A stretch of DNA of 64,000 nt from Mustelus asterias (Eukaryota): assembly GCF_964213995.1 (NCBI RefSeq), contig NW_027590452.1:62001-126000 (forward strand), given 5' to 3'. The notes under the pieces were generated by a model, which worked only from the letters and a program-made list of their open reading frames with translations, made no database searches and was not told the origin of the DNA. The position numbers and the translations under genes are program-made. Shown piece after piece: positions 26,239 through 35,813 of the stretch; positions within the stretch are counted from its first letter, which is position 1; every line of letters starts with the position of its first letter.

Positions 26239-27626
26239 GCCGCAGGTTTCTGAGTCACAGCTGCTGTCTGTCGAGAGCTGTTTCTAACAGCGGGTCATAC
26301 ACTGACACGTCAATACATTCCTGTGAACGCAAACCCGACCACAATTCACACAAACACCATCTAAAATCGTTCACAGATTCCGTCTGATTGTTACATTCAC
26401 CGTGCGAGGGAAGAATTAGCTGTTGTTTATTTGGAATCACCGGGAAATCGGCACTAATGTTGAGAATTCAAAATGCTGCAGGTAGCCTTGAACTAGTTGT
26501 ACCCTTGTTCTGATGTTTCAAAAAACACTCGGGCCAAAGAAACCAATGCTGTTTGGTTTGATATGTCAGTCAATAGTGTAAACTGATGCCCGCCTGCTGA
26601 GGCAAAGCCTCATAATCACATCAGCCTGATTAAACATCTCTCAATGTTACAGTAATGAAATAAAAATATCAACTGGGAATCGAAGAGAAACTTCATTGGA
26701 AAGAGTTCGGAAAAATGTGACTCATATTAACACAATGAACACTTGACACATATTAAAACTAAGAATTCTTAACAGTAAAGGTACAGAAGTTTATTTCAAT
26801 GCATGCTTAGAATCCAATGAACAATGATTAATAAGTAAATTATCTCTAAGAACAGGTTTGGTGTACTCTAGACACTGGAACATTTGATAAGAAAATCGAC
26901 TGAATGCAGAACCCTAATTGAAAAGAGCGTCAGAAAGTTCCTGAAGGACAACTAGGGATGGGCAATAAATAGCGGCCGAGCCAGCAACACCCACATACCC
27001 GGAAGTCTTTCTTTAAAAGTCTGCTGTAATCACCAGAAGTACTTTGGGAAATCGAAACCGCGGGATAAGTCTTTCTGCTCAGACAAATATTTTGTTGGGA
27101 TATGGACCAATCGCGGGCAATTGGAACTAGCATAGTGGTTAAAAAAAGGATGGCATAGACAAGTTGGGCCGAAGGGTCTGTTTCCATGCTGTAAACCTCT
27201 ATGACTACCTCGATATCCGTTATTTCCCTGAATATCCACAAATCCATCAACTGTCTTCAAGAAATCAAACGACTGTATAATCATCGCTCTCTTTGACACA
27301 TAGAGCGCATTAAAGCGAATGTAGGGGTTTGACTGAGATGATTTTTGAGATATGACTCTGATGAGTTTTATTTCATGTTGTAATAACAGCACCAGCGTCT
27401 CCTATTCAGAGTTGCTCGTAAACCACAGAAACTACTATAAAGAGGGATTTTACATACACTGACAGACATTCAGCACAAAGAACGTGATCATTCGGTTTAA
27501 CTGGTTTTAATGATATGATTTTGTTTATATTAACAGTTCACAATCCAGCTCAGAGATCGCATTCAGTGAGAGGAGGTGAGAATGCCTTTGCTGGTTTTTG
27601 TACGGACTAACTGCGTCTCTGTAACT

Positions 27627-28071
27627 GCGGTTCAGCGCACACTGTTACAGATACACGGCAGAGTCAGAGACATGGACCCCGGTCATATTTAATGAAGCTG
27701 TTATCTTGTCTCTGTCCAAATTAGCAGAAAACTGGTCCGAAAAATCGGGAGACTTAGCCCCCTTCCCCTTGCCGTAACTTTTCAATAAATATCTCGGAGC
27801 TTCTCCGGGGTACAGGATGTACCAGAATAGAGTTTGGTCAACGTATTTTGCTTTATAACTGCAGTTCAAAATTACCGTCTGTCCTTCCTGAACCGTTAAT
27901 TCAGGCGGCTCCTTGGAAACTGAACTTTGGCCACTGGTTCCTGTAACAACATATAGACTGTGTGAGAAATTTGTGAGTGAATATAACCCATTGAACACAC
28001 ACTGAGGATTTGAGCTCAGACTCACCGGGCAGCATGACCATTATTATCAGTAGAACACGCAGGGAACATGT
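27627..28071 (-). pseudogene. TCR V pseudogene (V4), inverted paralog of V2
   Basis: Leader ATG changed to ACA (28069-28071). In-frame TAA just before the second Cys (TAT CTG TAA CAG TGT). Heptamer destroyed; nonamer kept at 27593-27601. Confidence 0.9.
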
Positions 28072-29000
28072 GGTTCCTGACTGGAGAGGAACAGCGACAC
28101 TGTTTAAAATATGTTGTTGCTTCTAGTCTTATATCACGGAGTAAACTCAGATCAGAGGCAGCTTCAACAATAGGCAAATTGGGGGCTTTTCTCAGTGTTG
28201 CAATTGGCTGGTCCCCTTGAGATGACGTCAGCTGTGGACCAAACCCTGTTGATGGAGGACTAAACACAGCTGGCTCCCTCCAAACACATTCCATCCCGGG
28301 CTGTGTGTGTTTTTCTCACTCTCTTTCTCTCTCCATGAAAGGTGAATAACATTATCAGTTACACTGTCGCTTTCTCGGTTAACCCTCTTTCGTTCGAACT
28401 CAATGTCCCCCTTTTTATAGATAGATCTTACTTTCTAAATAAAGTTAAAAGTGAAATAAATAATTTACACTCATTTACTCTGCGGGTATTAATGAGTGCA
28501 TCCACTGCATGAACATAATAGTAGTTACTGCTTTATTTATACCGGGGATAAGTCATCACCCAAGTCCACATTGACTTGCGTTTCCACTGGGATTACTCTT
28601 ATACTGGGAAAGTACTGATTTCAATCAGTCATTATTTCTGTCCAGAAACTTCAAAATGTGACAACTCTCAGTGTGCCTTTGATATTAGGTCACATTTAAC
28701 AGGTGTCCCCTGACAGATAGGCATCTGATACAGAAAGATTGGAAGTACTGATTTATTAAGTTATTCACCCGGGACATCTGTGGGTTTTGTGTGATTGGGA
28801 TCAGGAAATGATTGGATTTATCTAGGAATAAACTGAGCACCAAATGTCACATTTCCCCAACAGTGACAATCACTGACGTTAGGGACTGAAAGCCACTCAG
28901 CTGGGGCTGCATTGTCAGGGTCATGATCTGCGCATTTTCTCTGAAATTCAACGCAATGTGTTTTGCGGACAAGGAACCCCATTGATTGTGGACCTGAGCC

Positions 29001-29039
29001 AGTTTTTGTACGAGGCCCGCGGGATCCTCATTCACTGTG
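29001..29039 (-). other. 23-RSS of V5
   Basis: CACAGTG, 23 nt, ACAAAAACT on the minus strand. Confidence 0.93.
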
Positions 29040-29513
29040 GGTCTCAGTGCACAGTAATACACGGCGTTGTCTGTCATCTTGGAATCTTTCATGGACAAGT
29101 GAAAAGAGCTTTGTGTCTGGCTGAGATTCCCGCTGAAGTGTCCAAAGCCGGGAGCCGTATCGGTAAACCCATAACTATCGGGTCTGAGCAGATACTGAGG
29201 AGCTCGGTGTGGATACTGGCGATACCAGAACAGGACATAGACTGTAGCTGAACTCGATACAGAGTAACTGCAGGGTATTGCTGAATCTTCGCCCTCTGCT
29301 GCGTCAACTCCTGGGAAACTGAGTCTCCGTTACTCATCTCTGAAAATAGACAACAGACACGCAGCGGGTTAGAAGGAGTAACAACAACGGAATAATCGCC
29401 TAGAAATGGAAATGGGCAATGAATATGGTGATTGGCGGATTTCAGTCAAAGGTTCAAAATGACCAACCTGTGATCAGGGCAATAGCCAGAGACAGACAGA
29501 CTTTCACCCCCAT
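29040..29513 (-). pseudogene. TCR V pseudogene (V5), inverted paralog of V1, frameshifted in FR1
   Basis: Leader 29468-29513 (MGVKVCLSLAIALIT), V exon from 29339. A deletion after DSVSQ shifts the frame. The 3' part DNAVYYCALRP and the RSS are intact. Confidence 0.9.
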
Positions 29514-30553
29514 AGTTCCAGTCTGAACACCAGAAACAGAGGCAGTGATCACTGTCTGCATAAGACCTGGAAATGGAGAAGTTGAAACAGTCAGGGGGAT
29601 GTTATGAGGTCGAAAGTGACTCCGTCTCTCCGCCCATTTTTACATCTTCAATCATAGAAAAGAAACCCTACAGGACAGAAAGAGGCCATTCGGCCCATCG
29701 AGTCTGCACCGACCACAATCCCACCCAGGCCCTACCCCCATATCCCTACATATTTTACCCACTAATCCCTCTAACCTACACATCTCAGGACACTAAGGGC
29801 AATTTTAGCATGGCCAATCAACCTAATCAAAAAGTCGCTCCCTCTGAAGGGAATCGTGATTTTTCATAAGTGATCAGAGAGCGCCCTCCCGTGGACAGCA
29901 CTGCCGCATATTGGAAACAGGTTCACGCACGGTCACCTGTAAAGACTGGCACATATCCACATAATAGAATCATAGATCATAGAATTTGTACAGTACAGAA
30001 AAATGCCATTCGGCCCACCGAGTCTGTACCTATCGCAAGTCTACCCAGGCCCTAGTCCCGTAGCCTCATACATTTGCCCCGCTAATCCCCCTGACACTAG
30101 GGTCAATTTATCATGGCCAATCAAACTAACCTGCACATCTTTGGACTGTTGAAGGAAACTGGAGCACCCGGAGGAGACCCACGCAGACACGGGACTTTGT
30201 CAGCTCATCCAGAGCTACCGGTCTGTCAGGCTCTCCCGCTCGCCGTCGTCCAAGACTTGCGTGATAGACGACAGGAAAGACTGGGAGGCCGTGCTGTCTG
30301 TTGGCTTCAGGTCATACAGTCCGGCTCTTTACGTATTCTTACTGCACTTTTTCGCTTTGTCTTTCTTTCATTCTGATTTGCATGTAACCTCTTCCATTTT
30401 CTTTGAATACATTCCCAACTCTCTTCATTTTAAGCTTTTTAAAATTTTCTGATTCAAGAAATGTTTCGCTCTCATTCCCCTTACCATTGGAATTTAATAC
30501 CGCGCTTGTTGAAACACTGATATTTCTGCGGAGCGGTTTTTGAAAACGGTGCA

Positions 30554-30592
30554 GGTTTTGGCACGGGACCTGCCTGTGTTTTTTACACTGTG
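30554..30592 (-). other. 23-RSS of V6
   Basis: CACAGTG, 23 nt, GCCAAAACC. Confidence 0.88.
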
Positions 30593-30925
30593 CCTCACGG
30601 CGCAGAGATAGGTGGCAGTGTCTGAAACCTGTACGTCCCTCACAGTCAGGATGCTGAGTTTGTTGCTTTCAACGATCGAAGCAGTGATCCTCCCATGTTG
30701 ATCGGTTCCTCTTGTGGCCATCACCAGATGCTGGGGTGACTGATTCGGGAGCTGTTTATACCAACGCACGATGTCAAACGTAATGGAAATAGTGCAGTTC
30801 ATGGATATATTTCTCGCTTCACTGATAACCATCCGTGGAGGGAGCTGCAGCAACTCAGCTTCTCCGGTCATCCCCGTGCAGATCAGAGTGATAAACAACA
30901 AAACGTCGATGCCAATCCTGACCAT
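30593..30925 (-). CDS. TCR alpha-type V segment (V6) with intronless, fused leader
   Basis: Single ORF MVRIGIDVLLFITLICTG-MTGEAELLQ...MNCTIS...VRWYKQ...VSDTATYLCAVR followed directly by the RSS. No AG acceptor at the usual leader/V boundary. Confidence 0.85.
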
Positions 30926-31561
30926 TCTCAGTTCACACACAACACCGAGATCAGCTTTGAACCAGGAGATGGAAATTAACCCGGAACCAAGTATTTTCTT
31001 CGGGTTCAGTTCAGTGCCGTGTTTATGTTGAACTGACAACATTAGGCGGGTTCTACTTTAGCCACCCATACTGAGCGTTTCACACTGACACAGGCCCACA
31101 CAACCTCTGAGGACACACCTGACACGCCCAGATTAAATATTTCTCACGCGACACACTGCTCTCTACTGGTGAATACTGGTAATTCCAGGGTGCAATTCTT
31201 CACTTGGATCTTCGACAAGTTGCAGTTCACGAGATAGTTATAAATGAGAAGAGCTGTTTCCTCCTTCTTGTTATAGCTCTTTCATTGCGGGAGAGCTTAC
31301 AACGTTCCTTCATCGATCCAACGATTGCAGTGCATTTTGCTCTCTCGTTCTTTCTGAAGTTTCATTCCACACTGTGACCAGTCCCGGTCTGACAAGAAGA
31401 AGGTCCTGATGTTAGTCCTAAAATATCGTTCGATAATTTGGGAACTTGTGCAATGGGAACTGGTCTATCCATCGAATGTATGTTACATAACTACAGGAGT
31501 GGCAACATTGACAATTCATAAGAATATTTCAAAAAATAATAAGTTTGTTATCAGTGTTAAC

Positions 31562-32163
31562 ACTATGTTTCTGCATTTGTTCCTTCAATCAAATTTTCTT
31601 CAATAAAGACACGCGCTCCGATAATGAACTTAATGCAATGTCCTTCTGCCCTCTCCTGGTGGAAAAAAAGCACTACAATATACAGCTTTAAAACAACCTG
31701 TTTCATTTTTGGAATCAAGATTGATTCCAACAACTGCTGATCATTCTCCTCAGTATGAAGTATATTTTTACTTTCTTTTCTTTTTGATTGCGCCTGGAGG
31801 TATTAAATCTGATTTTCATTGTTGGAACTCATTGATCATCCGATGTTCCAACAATCTTTTTAGAGCGGATCATGGATATTGTGTCACTCCACCTCTATCT
31901 TCAGGAGTTCAGGTAGAAGTAGAATGGATGACATAAAATCTATTTCTAATACAAGATGCGGGTTGGGGGGAATAGTGGAAACTGGATCTAACATCATGAA
32001 ACACAGCCAGTGTTAATTCTGACAAAATACCGATTAAAGCTGTATATTGTAGTGCTTTTTTTCCACCAGGAGAGGGCAGAAGGACATTGTATTAAGTTCA
32101 TTATCGGAGTGCGTGTCTTGATTGAAGAAAATTTGATTGAAGGAACAAATGCAGAAACATAGT
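31562..32163. repeat. ~130-bp inverted repeat pair (31562-31691 / 32034-32163) with ~340-bp spacer
   Basis: actatgtttctgcatttg...tacagctttaa against its reverse complement ttaaagctgta...caaatgcagaaacatagt, with few mismatches. Confidence 0.9.
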
Positions 32164-33274
32164 TTGGACGAACCACCCCTTTACCGTGAACACGATTTTT
32201 TGTGTAACAATGCTGCGAATATTGCAAGTGATCGAGATCCTAAGGTCAGGTCTACATGGAATGTCCATCCACTCTCATTCTGCGTAAATCTATTAAATAG
32301 CTAATTCTAGCCCTCCATTCATCCCATTTAAAAGATGGTGTTTGGCTATTTACCACATTGTTGTATTCAATTCTCTCAGGACTCAGTGGCCTCCTGCATC
32401 AGCTACGGGGAGTTTTCACAGTTCCAGATCAGCTCTTTTAATTTGGGCTCCGGCTATGATTCAGGAACACCATTAACTAATTTAAAATAAAAGCAAATTA
32501 CTGCTGATGCTGGAATCTGAAACCAAAAGAAAAATGCTGGAATATCTCTGCTGCTTTGGCAGCACCTATAAGGAGAGAAAAGAGCTGACGTTTCGAGTCC
32601 GGATGACCCTTTGTCAAAGCTAAAAGGCATGAGAAGTGGGAGATGTTTATACCTTTTGGTGAGGGAATGAAATATGAGTCATAGCCACAAAAACAAAGGG
32701 AAAAGCTGCTAATGGCAGTCCAAAGAGAGAATAGTAGGTGTGAATGGCCAAACGACAGAGAACCTGAAATCAGAGGGTAAGCTGTGACAGATGAAGATAA
32801 GGAGGGAGGGGGGAGATGGGTGGAAAAGAGGTAAAATTGAGAAAACGGGGGGAAAGGGAAGCAAAGGAGGAGAAAAGATAAGGAAAGGGGAAAGCGTAGG
32901 AGGCGGATAAGAAAGACAATAAAGGAATAAAAGGAAGAGAACAGTTAAAAATTAACCGATTTCCTGTTCTCACTCCGCCTTACAGGTTGAAGCGATTAAA
33001 TGGACAAGTTTGGGTCGCATCCCTGTCCAGGTCCCCGGGAGGTGAACAAACTCCTTAGTTTATTTCTCCCGACGCTGAGAGCCAAGGGAGCCGAGCGCTG
33101 ATTGGGTCATTTGAAGACAATGGAATTCTACGGTTGGCTGTCAATGAATGACGTTGTCAGGAATGAACCAATCAACAGCGGCCCGGATGTAACTCAACTT
33201 CTCACCAGCTCTTGACAATTAAAATGTTAACTTCAACCCTCTCTGCTCACATCCCCCTCGACCTCTCTGCAAAC

Positions 33275-34165
33275 ATGTCTCCTGTGACTCTGTGCTTATT
33301 CCTCACAGCTGCAGCTCTACTAACCGGTAGGTTCACAAGTTACAAACTCTGCGTTTCACATATTTACCATTCACTGCATTCAATTGAGCAGTTCGATTAA
33401 CACACTGGTAAAATATATATTGATTCTAATATCAATTAGAATCATCTTTGTTTCTGCAAGGGAGGAGGCAAAATACCTCAGCTGAATGAGAGTGAAGAGT
33501 TAAGGTGGGATTGCAGGCCCCACCGGAGCCGCTGAGGGACTTTGACAAACTTGATAAAATCTGGATGAAAGCTTTGACAAACCCGAGATCTAAAACCCAC
33601 GGACAGTTTAGTTTCCCCAACAAATAACGTGAAACGAAGGCGAGGATCTGATCTCCTTAGAAGGTGTTCATTAAACGGAGTGTCGTTTAACCGCGACAAA
33701 CACGTTCCCGTTACAACCTGCGTGTTGCGGGATTTATATTCCTGTTTAGATGCTGTGGTTCGTTTTTCAGATTATTGGCCAGGGTGACGGGCCGAATCCG
33801 GCCATTAAACAAAGTGAACTGACATCGTTTAATTTCGCATTACTCTTGGCTCTTACAGGACAATGTGGAGGAGATCCAGTTTCACAGATCCCGGCTGCAG
33901 TCACAGTGAGTGAAGGAGATGATGTTCAGTTATTCTGTAATTATACAACTGCAAGCACTGACAATTATTACCTATTCTGGTACCGTCAGTATCCCAGCGG
34001 ATCCATGGAGTATCTACTGATGAGAAGCAAATATACCGGGAACAAAGAGAGATTCCCAGGAGACCGTTTATCAGCGGAGCTCAATGATACAACCCGCACG
34101 GTCCCGCTGAAAATGTCTAAAACAGAGCTGGCAGACTCCGGGGTGTATTACTGCGCACTGAGACC
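33275..34165 (+). CDS. TCR alpha/delta-type V segment (V7), potentially functional
   Basis: Leader 33275-33326 (MSPVTLCLFLTAAALLT) and V exon 33859-34165 (DPVSQ...LFCNY...YLFWYRQYP...ADSGVYYCALRP). Confidence 0.93.
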
Positions 34166-34204
34166 CACAGAGACACAGAGCTGGGCTGAACCTGTACAAA
34201 AACC
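34166..34204 (+). other. 23-RSS of V7
   Basis: CACAGAG, 23 nt, ACAAAAACC. Confidence 0.92.
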
Positions 34205-34278
34205 CTCAAAACCTCACTCAACATGAACAGGGTAAACAGGAGTCCCAAGATAAACAGGAGTTGGGACGATGAGAATCG

Positions 34279-34350
34279 TGGTTCCACCGAGACTCGGACT
34301 CAGACTGCTGGATTGAAAGTCCAACGTGCTCACCGTGACATCATGAAACC
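34279..34350 (-). pseudogene. Degenerate tRNA-Gln-like sequence
   Basis: The reverse complement aligns end to end with vertebrate tRNA-Gln (GGTT.CATG.TGT...AGCAC.TGGACTTT.AATCCAGC...CTCGGTGGAACC). T-loop and anticodon (TTC) are altered. Confidence 0.65.
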
Positions 34351-34653
34351 AACAGGCGCCAGTATAAGGCAGGAGGTCTTTCACTCAGATCTCACACATA
34401 CACATTCTTGGTCAATAAGGGTTGTTGCTGTTTGACACCAACTGCTCCTTTCTATCGACAGAGCGTTAAAGAGGAGTGAAAATGAGAAAGAGAAACACTG
34501 ATGTTGCGGGCATCTGTCGACAGAGGCCCAGCAATGTGCTTTGTAATAGCAGTGGAATAGGCTGGCAAATTGTCCTCTCGATTCGCACTTGGTGAAAACT
34601 TTAAGCGGAATGTCCTTCAGCAAAGCAATCATCGGCATTGACAAAGAAAAGCA

Positions 34654-34725
34654 AGGTCCTGCGGAGATTTGAACTCAGATCGCTGGATTCAAAGTCAAGA
34701 GTAATACCCATTACACCACAGAACC
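34654..34725 (-). tRNA. tRNA-Gln(TTG)-like gene, probably a pseudogene
   Basis: GGTTCTGTGGTGTAATGGGTATTACTCTTGACTTTGAATCCAGCGATCTGAGTTCAAATCTCCGCAGGACCT. Acceptor stem fully paired, TTG anticodon, GTTCAAATC box B. One mismatch each in the anticodon and T stems. T-tract downstream. Confidence 0.65.
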
Positions 34726-34927
34726 CAGAAAATCGCAAACAGATGCAAATGACTTATGAAACACGACTACTTCTGCTGATATCTCCCGATACGGCTTGCG
34801 AAGGAAATGATTTGCTATAGATTTGGAGGGCTGTGTTGTTTCAGTGGATTTACTACAATAAAGTTTATAAAATGTCTATCTCTTTGATGAAGCACAGGCG
34901 GCAAACTGTCAGGACTGCTCCTCTATC

Positions 34928-34966
34928 GGTTTTTGTACGACTCGTATTGATCTTTACAACACTGTG
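34928..34966 (-). other. 23-RSS of V8
   Basis: CACAGTG, 23 nt, ACAAAAACC (perfect consensus). Confidence 0.95.
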
Positions 34967-35485
34967 CGCCCACCGCACAGAAATAGGTAGCAGTGTCTGT
35001 CACCCGAGTGTCGCCGACACTCAGAACGCTGCGTTTCTCTGCAACAATGTTCCGAGCCCTGATCCTGCCCTGATCGCTGGTACCGCTCACCAGGTGCTGC
35101 ACGGTTCGGTCCGGGTATTGTCTGTACCATTGTAGGACCAGTCCAGCTGCTGTAGTGGAACAGTTCAACGATGCTAGGTCTCCCTCGGTAACCACCACAG
35201 ACTCTGGAGACTGTGATACCTCTTCACTACCAGCGGCATCTGGGAAGGATATGTAGATATGCAACAACATCATAAAATTAAAATCTCATACTGCAATACA
35301 ATGTTGCACAATGAAGTACAATTGAACGCATAATACAAGATAACACAACAAAACAGAATACTATTTAACAGAACATAGCATCGCTAATGTGTGAAATATC
35401 GCTGTCAGAAATAGCGACCACACTTACACTGAGGGAAGAGTAAGAAATCCAGGGAGATGATCACTGAAGCGAAGCTGAGCTTCAT
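34967..35485 (-). CDS. TCR alpha-type V segment (V8), potentially functional
   Basis: Leader 35428-35485 (MKLSFASVIISLDFLLFPQ) and V exon 34967-35239 (EEVSQSPESVVVTEGDLASLNCST...LQWYRQYP...VTDTATYFCAVG). Confidence 0.9.
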
Positions 35486-35715
35486 GTCGGATCCTATCGA
35501 CACTTGTAAAACAGTTGTAGGAAGATCTCAGGACAGGAAAAGCTCCTGGGAAAGCAAAGCTATTGGACATGAATCTGAGCCCAACACCAGTTATACTCTC
35601 GCGACCAGGGCTGGATCTCTGGGACTTTTGATCAGGGAGTGAAATAGTGAGGGAGCTCCAGCATCGATAGGGTGTGGGGGAGGAGCGTGCGCAAGAGTCA
35701 GAGCGTCCCGCATTG

Positions 35716-35813
35716 TGACGTCAGAGCAACAGACATTGTGACATCAGAGTATCCGGCACTGTGACGTCAGAATGCAGCCATGTGCGGCGTCACCATGCAG
35801 CCCTTTGACGTCA
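35716..35813. promoter_or_regulatory. Periodic CRE (TGACGTCA) array upstream of V8
   Basis: TGACGTCA 35716, TGACATCA 35739, TGACGTCA 35762, CGGCGTCA 35785, TGACGTCA 35806. Confidence 0.65.

Noticed and set aside
26670-26745. Copy of V3 intron sequence (25220-25295) downstream of V3
   Set aside because: A short duplicated, decayed LINE-like fragment with no associated leader or V exon.
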